Assembly: GCA_038242095.1 (NCBI GenBank)
Contig: JBBSSJ010000001.1
Coordinates: forward strand, 1 to 60,253
Direction: 5' to 3'
DNA length: 60,253 nt
DNA from: Cytophagales bacterium
GTDB lineage: Bacteria; Bacteroidota; Bacteroidia; Cytophagales; Spirosomataceae
A model generated the notes under the pieces. The model was not told where the DNA came from. It did no database searches and saw only the letters and a program-made list of their open reading frames with translations. The position numbers and the translations under genes are program-made. Below are positions 30,106 through 39,790 of this stretch, piece by piece (the first letter of the stretch is position 1; each line of letters opens with the position of its first letter).

Positions 30106-32301
30106 TTAACTGTCTTGGCCAAATACCAATTCTTGTAAAACGGGTTCAGAATTCTCCAAAAGTTGCCCGGCGCGGAAGGCTTTTACTTTATGGCAAAAGT
30201 TATCGGCTTCTCCCACGAACTCTCGCGCAAAGGCCTCCGTCGGTTCATTTTTATTAATGCTGAAAACTAGCTGTGAAAACGGCTTGCTGTCTCCATCGGC
30301 TTCGGGAAAGAAGTTTTTGCCAAAATTCTCTTCGAATTCTTTCACCATGCCATGCTGCGAGTTAGTCGATATGCCTTCCCCGATCAGCAGCGCTTTGGCA
30401 CCGGTGATGAAGGTGTTGTAAGCGTGGTAAATGCCATCGGCCCACACGCCCTCGGCCAGCATTTCGTGGGCCAGCGCCAGTTTTTCGTCGGCCTCGATGA
30501 GCGTGGTTCCTACCAGGTCGATCATTACGCCCGCGCACTCGCCCACGCCGACTTCCGTCTTGTACATCTCATCGTGGTCCCAATCGCGGTACTCGTCGTC
30601 GCGAACCTCGCTGAGGTCGGCGATGGGTTTCAGGAGTTGGTAAAAGTAGTTCTTGGTCTGCCGGGCGTAGTACTGGTTGAAGTACTCGTCTTCGTAGGCG
30701 TTGGTTTGGTAGTCATCCAGCAGCGTACCCAAAGCCTGCGGGCCGCGCTTGGAGGGGAGCTTGATGACCTTGTCACCCATCTGCCCCTCGCTGAACGCAC
30801 CGGTAAAGCCGCCGCCCAGAATCACCTGCAAGGCCGGAAGCACCAGTTTACCGTTCTTGATCGAACTGCCGTGAAAGCCGATGTTGGCCAGACTGTGCTG
30901 CCCGCAACCGTTCATGCAGCCGCTGATTTTTATCTTGATGTCGTTGTTGAAAATCAAATCAGGGTACTCCTCCTTCATCATCGCTTCCAGCGCTCGCGTG
31001 ATGCCGTAGCTGCTCGAAATCGCCAGATTACAGGTGTCCGTGCCAGGGCAGGTCGTGATGTCGGCGGTGCTGTCGAAGCCCGGATCAGCTAATCCGAGTT
31101 GACTGAGCGCCTGGAACAACGCGGGCAAATCCTCGGCCTTCACAAATTTCATGAGATAGCCCTGATTGATCGTCACGCGTAGGTCATCGGCGGCGTACTG
31201 CCGCATGACTTCGGCGAGTTGGCGGGCGATATCCGAGTGCATATCGCCCAGCAACACGCGCAAATACACGCCGTACCAGCCTTTTTGTTTTTGTTCAAAA
31301 ACGTTGGTCGCCAGCCAATTATTGAAAATTTCTTTTTTAGAAACTTCTAGCTGCGTGTCGGCCAGGGCAAGAATTTCATCTTTGCTCCGCGATTTTCTCT
31401 CGGCCCGATTTCCCCAGGAAAAATCGATGCCCGGCACGGCATAGGTTTTGCTTTTTAAGGCTTTCCATTCTTCCTGCACTAGTTCCAGCATCTTTTCCAG
31501 CCCCAAGTCATTGAGCAGAAATTTCATCCGGGCCTTGTGTCGGCGCGTCCGCTCGCCGTAGCGGTCAAAGACGCGGATAACCGCTTCTATGAACGGAATC
31601 GCCTGGTCATCGGGCAGGAACTCGTAGGCCGTTTGAGCAGGATAGGGCTGCGCGCCAAGGCCGCCGCCAATCACGACTTTGAAGCCTTTGATGGTTTCGC
31701 CCTTATCGTTTTGCCCCATTTTTGCAATCAAGCCCACGTCGTGCATAAACCCCAGCGCAGAATCCTGGTCCGAAGCGGAAAGGGATATCTTAAACTTACG
31801 GCCCATTTCCTGCGCGATGGGATTGCGCAAAAAGTACTCGAAAATTGCCTGGGCGTAGGGCGACACGTCGAACGGCTCGTCGGGATCGATGCCCGCCGTG
31901 GCCGATGCCGTCACATTGCGGACGGTGTTGCCGCAGGCGGCCCGGAGGGTGATACCGGCATCTTCCAGATTGGCCCACAACTGTGGCGAATCGGCCAGTT
32001 TCACGAAGTGGAGTTGAATGTCCTGCCGCGTGGTGGCGTGCAGATTGCCCGTAGCGAATTTGTCGGACGAGTCCGCGATGCGCACCAATTGGTCGGCGGT
32101 CAGGTAGCCGTAGGGCAGCTTGATTCGAACCATCTGCACACCCGGCTGCCGCTGTCCGTACACGCCGCGAGCCAGGCGATACTTTCGGAAAGCCTCTTCC
32201 GGCCCGTCCCCATTGGCGAAGGCATCGATTTTTTCCTGTAGTTCAAAAATGTCTCGCCGGGCGGCGGTGGATACGTTGTCGGTAAGCGTCAGATTATTCA
32301 T
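30106..32301 (-). CDS. Siroheme nitrite/sulfite reductase with C-terminal HEPN-like domain
   Basis: GVYGQRQ, TTRQDIQLH, CGNTVRN, TCPGTDTCNLA, ISGCMNGCGQH; HEPN-like tail. Start MNNLTL at 32301. Confidence 0.92.
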   Translation of the reverse strand: MNNLTLTDNVSTAARRDIFELQEKIDAFANGDGPEEAFRKYRLARGVYGQRQPGVQMVRIKLPYGYLTADQLVRIADSSDKFATGNLHATTRQDIQLHFVKLADSPQLWANLEDAGITLRAACGNTVRNVTASATAGIDPDEPFDVSPYAQAIFEYFLRNPIAQEMGRKFKISLSASDQDSALGFMHDVGLIAKMGQNDKGETIKGFKVVIGGGLGAQPYPAQTAYEFLPDDQAIPFIEAVIRVFDRYGERTRRHKARMKFLLNDLGLEKMLELVQEEWKALKSKTYAVPGIDFSWGNRAERKSRSKDEILALADTQLEVSKKEIFNNWLATNVFEQKQKGWYGVYLRVLLGDMHSDIARQLAEVMRQYAADDLRVTINQGYLMKFVKAEDLPALFQALSQLGLADPGFDSTADITTCPGTDTCNLAISSSYGITRALEAMMKEEYPDLIFNNDIKIKISGCMNGCGQHSLANIGFHGSSIKNGKLVLPALQVILGGGFTGAFSEGQMGDKVIKLPSKRGPQALGTLLDDYQTNAYEDEYFNQYYARQTKNYFYQLLKPIADLSEVRDDEYRDWDHDEMYKTEVGVGECAGVMIDLVGTTLIEADEKLALAHEMLAEGVWADGIYHAYNTFITGAKALLIGEGISTNSQHGMVKEFEENFGKNFFPEADGDSKPFSQLVFSINKNEPTEAFAREFVGEADNFCHKVKAFRAGQLLENSEPVLQELVFGQDS

Positions 32302-32340
32302 AAAATCTATAAGTCTATGGGAATAGTAGCGTTTTCGATT

Positions 32341-32415
32341 CTGGATATTGGACGTTGGACTCTGGATTAGCTGGTTAAAGAACAAGAAAGCCTAAAATCC
32401 AATATCCAAAATCTG
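32341..32415. repeat. Pair of mutually inverted 7-mer arrays between cysN and the sulfite reductase
   Basis: CTGGATA TTGGACG TTGGACT CTGGATT … AAAATCC AATATCC AAAATCT. Confidence 0.65.
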
Positions 32416-32422
32416 GCGCCCC

Positions 32423-33670
32423 TTACTCCACCATGCAGGCTCCCACCGTCACGTTCGAGGTTTCGTCGATCAGGATGGCGGCGCCGTTGGCGCGGATTTT
32501 CAGGTAGGGATCGTAGGCAATGGGGTTGGCAGTACGCAGTACCACGCGGGCCACGTCGTTGAGTTTGAGACTTTCGACCTCCTCGATTTTCTCGTAAGTG
32601 TTGATGTCCACGCGATAATCTATACTCCGAACCGAGCAACGGGTCCGACTGGTTCCGTGCTGCAAATTATATTTATTGCCCACTTTGAGATCTTTCCGGT
32701 CGTCCATCCAGCAAATCAGTGTCTCCAAATCCTGGCTCAGGATGGGTGGCTGGTTATCGGAGGTCACCAGCAAGTCGCCCCGGCTGATGTCAATGTCGCT
32801 GCTCAGCAATAGCGTCACCGACTGCGAAGCGAAAGCTTCCTCGACTTCCAGACCGCCCTTCTCGATTTTCTCGATTGTGGAAGTTTGTTCCGACGGATAG
32901 ACCGTGATGCGGTCGCCTTTGCGAAACGTGCCGCTTTGAATGCGCCCGGCGTAACCCCGGTAATCGTGGTGTTCGTCGGTTTGGGGACGAACCACGTACT
33001 GCACCGAAAATCTTCCGTCGGTGAGGTTCTGGTCGCTGAGTACGTTGACGTTTTCCAGCACCGAGAGCATTGTTTCACCCGCGTACCAAGGCATATTCGG
33101 CGACGGCTCAGCTACATTGTCTCCGTTCAAAGCGCTCACGGGGACGATGGTCAAGTCTTTGATCTTTAATTTCTTTGATAGTTCCTGATACGACTGAGCG
33201 ATTTCCAGAAAGCGGTCTTCCGAATAATCCACCAAATCCATCTTGTTTATGGCCACCACCACATGCGGGATACCGAGCATGGAGGCAATCAGTGAGTGTC
33301 GGCGCGTTTGCTCGGCTACGCCCTGCCGGGCGTCCACCAAAATAATGGCGAGATCGGCATTGGAGGCGCCCGTGACCATATTGCGGGTGTACTGAATATG
33401 ACCCGGCGCATCGATGCTGATAAACTTGCGCTTCAGCGTTTGGAAATATTTGTAGGCCACGTCGATGGTGATGCCCTGCTCCCGCTCGGACCGCAGTCCG
33501 TCGGTGAGCAGCGCGAGGTCGATCTCGCCGTCATTGCGACTTTTACTGGCCCTTTCGATGGCCTCCATCTGGTCGGCCAGAATGTTTTTGGTATCGAAAA
33601 GCAGGCGACCGATGAGGGTGCTTTTGCCGTCGTCAACGGAGCCGGCGGTGATAAATCTTAGTAAATCCAA
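32423..33670 (-). CDS. cysN: Sulfate adenylyltransferase subunit 1
   Basis: GSVDDGKSTLIGRLL, REQGITIDVAY, DAPGH, NKMD; no CysC fusion. Confidence 0.96.
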   Translation of the reverse strand: MDLLRFITAGSVDDGKSTLIGRLLFDTKNILADQMEAIERASKSRNDGEIDLALLTDGLRSEREQGITIDVAYKYFQTLKRKFISIDAPGHIQYTRNMVTGASNADLAIILVDARQGVAEQTRRHSLIASMLGIPHVVVAINKMDLVDYSEDRFLEIAQSYQELSKKLKIKDLTIVPVSALNGDNVAEPSPNMPWYAGETMLSVLENVNVLSDQNLTDGRFSVQYVVRPQTDEHHDYRGYAGRIQSGTFRKGDRITVYPSEQTSTIEKIEKGGLEVEEAFASQSVTLLLSSDIDISRGDLLVTSDNQPPILSQDLETLICWMDDRKDLKVGNKYNLQHGTSRTRCSVRSIDYRVDINTYEKIEEVESLKLNDVARVVLRTANPIAYDPYLKIRANGAAILIDETSNVTVGACMVE

Positions 33671-33681
33671 AGCTTAATTTT

Positions 33682-33764
33682 GAATGATAGAATGAGTGAA
33701 TGATAGAATGATTTCTAGCGGTAGCAAAAATCACTATCAACTGTCCATCGTCAACTGTCAACTA
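33682..33764. repeat. 8-mer array plus 7-mer array between cysD and cysN
   Basis: GAATGATA GAATGAGT GAATGATA GAATGATT (33682-33713); TCACTA TCAACTG TCCATCG TCAACTG TCAACTA (33731-33764). Confidence 0.75.
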
Positions 33765-33766
33765 AC

Positions 33767-34675
33767 TTAAAAATACCCTACTTTCTTCCGATCCTCCATT
33801 GCCGCTTCCGTCTGTTGATCGTCGATGCGGGTTTCGCCGCGCTCACTGATGCGGGAGACGGTGATTTCGGCCACTACCTCATCGAGCGTGGCGGCGTCTG
33901 ATTCCACGGCGGCAGTGCAGGTCATGTCGCCCACGGTGCGGAAGCGGACGCGGCGCGTTACGATTTGGTCGTTTTCGTCGGTCTGAATGACAGGCGTATT
34001 GTTGAGTAGTCGCCCGTCACGCAGGATGCACTCGCGGTCGTGGGCGAAATAGATGCTGGGCAATGTGATGTTCTCGCGCCGGATGTAGGACCACACGTCC
34101 AGTTCCGTCCAGTTGGAAATCGGGAACACGCGAACGTTCTCTCCTTTGTGGATGCGTCCGTTGAACAAATTCCAAAGCTCAGGCCGCTGCCGCTTGGGGT
34201 CCCACTGGCCAAATTCGTCACGAAACGAAAAGATGCGCTCCTTGGCGCGGGCCTTTTCCTCATCGCGCCGCGCCCCGCCGATGCAGGCATCGAACTCAAA
34301 TTCTTCTATCGTATCCAGCAAGGTGTAGGTTTGCAGCCAGTTGCGGCTAGCGTTCTTACCCGTCGGCTCCTGCAAGCCTTTGGCTTTAATAGTGTCTTCC
34401 ACGTAGCGCACCACCAGTTTGGCCCCGAGTTTTTCTACCAACTCATCGCGGTAATTGAGGGCTTCTTCGAAATTATGGCCAGTATCCACGTGAACCAGCG
34501 TAAAGGGAATCTTCGCCGGAGCGAAAGCTTTTTGGGCCAAACGCACCAAGGTGATGGAATCTTTTCCGCCGGAAAACAAAAGCGCAGGTCTTTCAAATTG
34601 TCCCGCAACTTCCCGCATGATATAGATTGCTTCCGCTTCTAGTTGGTCGAGATAGTCGAGTTGAATCTTCGTCAT
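33767..34675 (-). CDS. cysD: Sulfate adenylyltransferase subunit 2
   Basis: LEAEAIYIMREV, FSGGKDS, GGARRDEEKARAKER, RFRTVG, EDRKKVGYF. Confidence 0.97.
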   Translation of the reverse strand: MTKIQLDYLDQLEAEAIYIMREVAGQFERPALLFSGGKDSITLVRLAQKAFAPAKIPFTLVHVDTGHNFEEALNYRDELVEKLGAKLVVRYVEDTIKAKGLQEPTGKNASRNWLQTYTLLDTIEEFEFDACIGGARRDEEKARAKERIFSFRDEFGQWDPKRQRPELWNLFNGRIHKGENVRVFPISNWTELDVWSYIRRENITLPSIYFAHDRECILRDGRLLNNTPVIQTDENDQIVTRRVRFRTVGDMTCTAAVESDAATLDEVVAEITVSRISERGETRIDDQQTEAAMEDRKKVGYF

Positions 34676-34731
34676 TATTTTGGATGATTTCTATTCTGAA
34701 CGTAGAGGTCTTTTTTCAAAAACTCACTAAC

Positions 34732-35445
34732 TTATTTTGCATGAAGGCCACATTCTTTCTTGCTTTCATCCTCCCACCACCAGCGGCCCGCGCGGAAATC
34801 TTCGCCGGGCTGAATGGCGCGGGTGCAGGGCGCACAGCCGATGCTGACAAAGCCTTTGTCGTGTAGCAAATTGTAAGGAACATCCTGCGCTTTCACGTAT
34901 TCCTGAACTTTATCGAAACTCCAAGACAAGAGCGGATGAAACTTAAACAAATCATGCTCCTCGTCCCGCTCGATGGACTGCATTTCCTGCCGATTGCCCG
35001 ACTGTTCAGCCCGGATGCCCGTCACCCATATCTTGACATTTCCCAACGCCCGATTCAGCGGCTCGACTTTACGAATAAAGCAGCACTCCTTACGATTTTC
35101 GACGGAGTCGTAAAAACTATACGGCCCCTTTTCGCTCAACAGATTTTCCACCGCTTCGTGCTTTGGAAACACCACTTCCAGTTTGGTGTCGTAGCGGCGG
35201 TTGGTACGCTGTAAGGTTTTGTACGTTTCCTCAAACAACCGCCCCGTATCCAGTGTGAAAATCCGAACGGGCAAATCGTTTTTCAAGATCAGATCCGTAA
35301 TCACCTGATCTTCGTATCCCAGACTGCTGGAAAAGGCCACTTGTCCGGGAAATAATTCGGTCAATAGCCGCAGGGCTTCGACCTCGGATTTATCGGCGAT
35401 TAGTTCGAGGAGGGAAGTGGTGGTGTATGTTTCGGTTAATGTCAT
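34732..35445 (-). CDS. cysH: APS/PAPS reductase; Fe-S CC…CxxC motifs indicate the APS-reductase type
   Basis: LDTGRLF, ECCFIRKVEPL, SIGCAPCT, ECGLH. Confidence 0.94.
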   Translation of the reverse strand: MTLTETYTTTSLLELIADKSEVEALRLLTELFPGQVAFSSSLGYEDQVITDLILKNDLPVRIFTLDTGRLFEETYKTLQRTNRRYDTKLEVVFPKHEAVENLLSEKGPYSFYDSVENRKECCFIRKVEPLNRALGNVKIWVTGIRAEQSGNRQEMQSIERDEEHDLFKFHPLLSWSFDKVQEYVKAQDVPYNLLHDKGFVSIGCAPCTRAIQPGEDFRAGRWWWEDESKKECGLHAK

Positions 35446-35455
35446 ATTTTGTAAA

Positions 35456-36643
35456 TCATTGGCTCACCTGTGACAAAGAACTCACTCGCGCCGCCTGCGT
35501 AAAATCCTCGATCAAATCCTCCACTGCTTCCAGCCCCACCGAAATGCGAATCAGCCCTTCCGTGATCCCCAGACTCGCTTTCTCCTCCGGTTTCAGTTTG
35601 GAGTGCGTCGTGGTGTAGGGGTTCGTAATAATGGTGCGCGTATCGCCCAGGTTGGCCGAGAGCGACGGAATTTGCAGCGCCTTCACAAAAGCACTTACCC
35701 GCTCAAATCCGCCTTCTAAATCAATGGTAATTATACCTCCGCCCGCGCTCATCTGCTGCTTAGCCAGTTCATACTGCGGGTGCGAGGGCAAGAAAGGATA
35801 ATTCACCTGCTTGATCTCCGGTAATTTTTCCAAAGCCTCGGCCAGTTGCAGGGCATTGGCGCAGTGCTTTTCCATGCGTAAGTCCAACGTTTCCAGACTC
35901 TTGGATAACACCCAGGCGTTAAAGGGCGACATCGAAGGGCCCGTCTGCCGACAGAAAAACTTCAACGGCTTGATGTGCTCCTCCGTTCCCACTACGATTC
36001 CGCCCAACACGCGGCCCTGTCCTTCCATGAACTTCGTGGCTGAGTGTACCACCAGGTGCGCCCCAAACTCGGCGGGAACCTGCAAAGCGGGCGTGGCGAA
36101 GCAGTTGTCCACGTTGAAAATTAGCTTATGTTTTTGGCAAAGCTTACCGATCATCGCCATATCGACCAGTTCCAGGCCGGGATTCGAGGGCGTCTCGACA
36201 TACACCATTTTGGTGTTGGGTTGAATGGCTGCCTCCCACTCTGCTTCGGGGGCCGAGGCGTCGAGGTAGGTGTGGGTGATGTTCCACTTGCTCAGAATCT
36301 GCGTGATGATCTGGTGCGCCGAACCGAATAATGCCCGGCTGGCGATAAGGTGGTCGCCCGCCTGCAGGTGGGCGGCAAAACTGGCAAACACTGCGGCCAT
36401 ACCCGTGGCGGTGGCCACACCATCCTCGCAGTCTTCCAGCATACACACTTTGTCTACGAACTCCTGCACGGTCGGATTTGAGAAGCGACTGTATAAATTT
36501 CCCTTCTCCGTTTCGTCAAAGAGCGCTTTTCCCTGCTCGGCGGTTTCAAAGGTGAAACTACTGGTCAGGAAAAGCGGCGTGGAGTGCTCCCGAAAGTGCG
36601 TTTGCGGCGTTTGGGTACGAATGGCTTTGGTCTGCTTCTTCAT
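35456..36643 (-). CDS. metZ: O-succinylhomoserine sulfhydrylase / trans-sulfuration PLP enzyme
   Basis: YSRFSNPTV, ETPSNP, DNCFATP, HSATKF…GQGRVLGG, NLGD, RISVGLE. Confidence 0.85.
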   Translation of the reverse strand: MKKQTKAIRTQTPQTHFREHSTPLFLTSSFTFETAEQGKALFDETEKGNLYSRFSNPTVQEFVDKVCMLEDCEDGVATATGMAAVFASFAAHLQAGDHLIASRALFGSAHQIITQILSKWNITHTYLDASAPEAEWEAAIQPNTKMVYVETPSNPGLELVDMAMIGKLCQKHKLIFNVDNCFATPALQVPAEFGAHLVVHSATKFMEGQGRVLGGIVVGTEEHIKPLKFFCRQTGPSMSPFNAWVLSKSLETLDLRMEKHCANALQLAEALEKLPEIKQVNYPFLPSHPQYELAKQQMSAGGGIITIDLEGGFERVSAFVKALQIPSLSANLGDTRTIITNPYTTTHSKLKPEEKASLGITEGLIRISVGLEAVEDLIEDFTQAARVSSLSQVSQ

Positions 36644-36651
36644 TTTATAGA

Positions 36652-37836
36652 TCAATAATAATTGAGGACTACCGCGTAAATAATTCTCAAACTTACCACA
36701 ATTACCACGATTCCGACCAAAATCATCATCGTCTTGATGGGTAAACGCCGCGACAGGTTGGCGGCGATCGGGGCCGCCACCATACCGCCCAGGATCAGTC
36801 CGACGATGACCTGCCAGTGCGAAAAGCCAATGAGCGTGATGAACGTCACCGAACTAGCCAGCGACACGAAAAACTCCGTCAGGTTCACCGAACCGATGGT
36901 GTACTTGGGATGCCGCCCGCGCGCGATGAGCGTCGAGGACACGATTGGCCCCCAACCGCCGCCGCCGATGGCGTCCATAGAGCCGCCCAGCAGGGCCAGC
37001 CAGCCGATTTTGTTGAATGGCCGCTTTTCGATTCGCTTTTTCAAGGCTTTTTTAATAATTAAAATACCCAGAATCAACGTGTAAACCGCCACGATCGGCT
37101 TGATAATGTACACGTATTCTTCGAGCGATGTGAGTACGTAAGCCCCCACAATTGCCCCGATGACGCCGGGAATGAGCAGCGTTTTGAACAACTTGCTGTT
37201 TACATTCCCAAATTTCAGGTGCATGTAGCCCGATACCCCGCTGGTGAAAATCTCAGACGAGTGGACGCTCGCGCTCGCCACCGACGGCGGAATGCCCAGT
37301 GTGAGCAGAAACGTAGTAGCGGTGACGCCGTAGGCCATGCCCAAAGCCCCGTCGATCATTTGGGCAATGAAGCCGCCTAATAGATAATAGAAGAAATCCT
37401 CGTCTTCCAGCAAGCTTGTCCATACCAGGCCCAGTTGGTCCAGGCTGGCGTAGCTGAAAATCAGGTGACCGATCACCATCAGAGCCAGGGCCGAAAAGAT
37501 GTTGACCATGATTTCGGTGCGACTGCGCTGGCGCAGCACTAATTCCGAAAGCCGACTGGAAATTTTTTTAAAGGCCGTAAAAGAATTTGTACTATTCCTT
37601 GGTTCGATTAAAATTTCCTCACCCGCCGCTGTTTTGTACATTGCACTGGCAAAAACCGCATCCGACTCGCCAGGCAGGTCAGGTAGGAAAACGACGTAAC
37701 CTTGTTGCCGCGCTGCTGCCGCCAATCGACGGTCCTCCAAGGGGTCACCCGTGGCGATTTTTACCGCGTTCAAAGTCTGCCAGGCAGCCTTTGGCTTAGT
37801 TTCCTGAATAGACGGGACGAGGGAGGGGGTTTCCAA
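36652..37836 (-). CDS. TauE/SafE (TSUP) sulfite exporter with degenerate N-terminal siroheme-synthase-like segment
   Basis: AQMIDGALGMAYG, GGGGWGP, GSVN..EFFV; N-terminal ATGDP…AARQQG…PD. Confidence 0.88.
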   Translation of the reverse strand: METPSLVPSIQETKPKAAWQTLNAVKIATGDPLEDRRLAAAARQQGYVVFLPDLPGESDAVFASAMYKTAAGEEILIEPRNSTNSFTAFKKISSRLSELVLRQRSRTEIMVNIFSALALMVIGHLIFSYASLDQLGLVWTSLLEDEDFFYYLLGGFIAQMIDGALGMAYGVTATTFLLTLGIPPSVASASVHSSEIFTSGVSGYMHLKFGNVNSKLFKTLLIPGVIGAIVGAYVLTSLEEYVYIIKPIVAVYTLILGILIIKKALKKRIEKRPFNKIGWLALLGGSMDAIGGGGWGPIVSSTLIARGRHPKYTIGSVNLTEFFVSLASSVTFITLIGFSHWQVIVGLILGGMVAAPIAANLSRRLPIKTMMILVGIVVIVVSLRIIYAVVLNYY

Positions 37837-37844
37837 AGGTCTAT

Positions 37845-37869
37845 TTAGTATAGTATTTTAGTAGAGTAA
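37845..37869 (-). promoter_or_regulatory. Putative Rrf2-family (IscR/CymR-like) operator
   Basis: TTACTCTACTAAAATACTATACTAA, an imperfect palindrome just upstream of the sulfur operon. Confidence 0.5.
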
Positions 37870-38080
37870 AGGGCCAAAAAGAAAGTGGCTCAGTATGAGT
37901 CACGTCACAAACGTACAATAGGATTATTGATTTTCCAAGAAAAGGCGTCAGCAATCTTTTCCCTTTTGACATCGTTTATTACGTTTGGGCAAAGGTGAGA
38001 TGAAAGGTAGGGAGCGTGCATTTACCCGTAGATGAGGAATAGATTGTATTTTTGAGAAAACTTAACCAGCTTATTAAATC

Positions 38081-39262
38081 ATGCAGGAAGAAGTATATTT
38101 AGTGGCGAATGCCCGAACCCCCATCGGTAGTTTCGGCGGTGCTCTGTCCAGCCTGTCGGCAACCCATCTGGGCGGCATTGCCATCAAAGGAGCAATTGAC
38201 AAAATAAAACTTGATCCCAGCCTCATTGAGGAAGTGTACATGGGCAACGTGGTTTCAGCCAATCTGGGCCAGGCACCCGCCCGGCAGGCTGCTTTGGCGG
38301 CAGGATTGCCCCACGAAACCGTTTGTACGACGGTTAATAAAGTGTGTGCATCGAGTATGAAAGCGGCGGCAATAGCAGCACAGTCCATTCGCCTCGGCGA
38401 AGCAGATTTGATCGTGGCCGGCGGAATGGAAAACATGTCGCAGATTCCCTTTTACCTACCCAACGCCCGCTATGGTTATGGGTACGGCGACGGCAAATTG
38501 ATAGACGGCTTATCCCGCGACGGTCTTAGCGATGCGTACGATAATCAGGCAATGGGCATGTGCGGCGACCGTACGGCCATCCAACGCGAAATCAGCCGTG
38601 AGCAGCAGGACAAGTACGCCATTCGTTCTTATCAACGGAGCGCTGAGGCTACCGAAAAAGGGTATTTGAAAGCCGAGATCGTGCCGGTCGAGATTCCGCA
38701 ACGGAGAGGAGAATCCATCATAATGAGCGAAGACGAAGAGTACAAGCGCGTAAAGTTCGATAAAATACCGACGCTGAGGCCCGCTTTCTCCCCCGAAGGC
38801 AGCGTCACGGCGGCCAATGCCTCCACGATCAACGACGGTGCGGTAGCGCTCGTTTTGGCGAGCGGTCGTAAGGTGATAGAATTGAATTTGACCCCGCTGG
38901 CACGAATCGTGGCCTGCGCCGACGCCGAGCAAGAGCCAATTTGGTTCACCACGACGCCCATTGCCGCTACCCGAAAAGTACTTGCACGCGCGGGTATGTC
39001 GTTGAGCGACATCGACTATTTTGAAGTCAATGAGGCGTTTTCGGTGGTAGTACTTGCTTTTATGAAAGAGTTAGGCGTGAGCCCGGACCAGACCAATGTC
39101 TTTGGTGGCGCCGTATCGCTCGGTCACCCGCTTGGTGCCTCGGGCGGACGCATTATAGGAACGTTGCTGAACGTCCTTCAACAAAAAAAGGCACGTTACG
39201 GACTGGCGGCAATTTGCAACGGCGGGGGAGGAGCGTCGGCGGTAATTCTGGAAAGAATGTGA
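38081..39262 (+). CDS. Acetyl-CoA C-acetyltransferase (thiolase)
   Basis: RTPIGSFGG, NKVCASS, EVNEAF, GHPLGASG, ICNGGGG; TATTTTTG promoter at 38047. Confidence 0.95.
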   Translation: MQEEVYLVANARTPIGSFGGALSSLSATHLGGIAIKGAIDKIKLDPSLIEEVYMGNVVSANLGQAPARQAALAAGLPHETVCTTVNKVCASSMKAAAIAAQSIRLGEADLIVAGGMENMSQIPFYLPNARYGYGYGDGKLIDGLSRDGLSDAYDNQAMGMCGDRTAIQREISREQQDKYAIRSYQRSAEATEKGYLKAEIVPVEIPQRRGESIIMSEDEEYKRVKFDKIPTLRPAFSPEGSVTAANASTINDGAVALVLASGRKVIELNLTPLARIVACADAEQEPIWFTTTPIAATRKVLARAGMSLSDIDYFEVNEAFSVVVLAFMKELGVSPDQTNVFGGAVSLGHPLGASGGRIIGTLLNVLQQKKARYGLAAICNGGGGASAVILERM

Positions 39263-39274
39263 TAGCGCTTATGC

Positions 39275-39790
39275 TTACTTGATAAGCATTTTCAAGCGAT
39301 CGTAAAAGCCGGTGCTCTTGAAGGTGAAAGTTTTGTGCAGGGTGTAGTTGCTGATGAAGCTACATCCCATGCCAAAAACGTAACTTGCCATTTGGCTAAT
39401 GTTCACTACCTTGGTAGATAGGGGAATATGCCAAGTCAGAGTGGGGAAGGAGGCATCAATGATGGTAATGGCAAATCGGGTCGCCAGATCGGTCACGAAG
39501 CCCGAAAAAAGTGCCACCATGAAAAACTTCACCATTTCACGATTCGTCTGATTAGTTCGACGGGCGTCAAACGCAAATAGCTTGGTAAGGACAAAACCGA
39601 CAATCAACGAGAGTAGATAGGAGGGCCAAATGGACTGCTGAAAAGTGATGGAGAACCAATCTTGAAAAAGGCTGCTCGCCACAAGTTGCACGATAGCCCC
39701 CGTGCCAGCTACGAGAAAATAAGCAATGAGGTCTTTGCGATTCAGAAGTTTGGCGCTCGACTCAGTAGCAACGGCAACACCTTGTTTCAT
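39275..39790 (-). CDS. GtrA-family putative flippase
   Basis: Four TMs; YFLVAGTG, FVLTKLFAF, NYTLHKTFTF motifs (ORF track start 39826). Confidence 0.82.
   Translation of the reverse strand: MKQGVAVATESSAKLLNRKDLIAYFLVAGTGAIVQLVASSLFQDWFSITFQQSIWPSYLLSLIVGFVLTKLFAFDARRTNQTNREMVKFFMVALFSGFVTDLATRFAITIIDASFPTLTWHIPLSTKVVNISQMASYVFGMGCSFISNYTLHKTFTFKSTGFYDRLKMLIK

Noticed and set aside
30106-30520. HEPN-like domain as a toxin or defence nuclease
   Set aside because: Fused to a housekeeping sulfite reductase, no clear RxxxxH motif and no MNT partner
32302-32385. N-terminal extension of the sulfite reductase in the ORF track
   Set aside because: Translates the 7-mer repeat array; ATG at 32301 is the more plausible start
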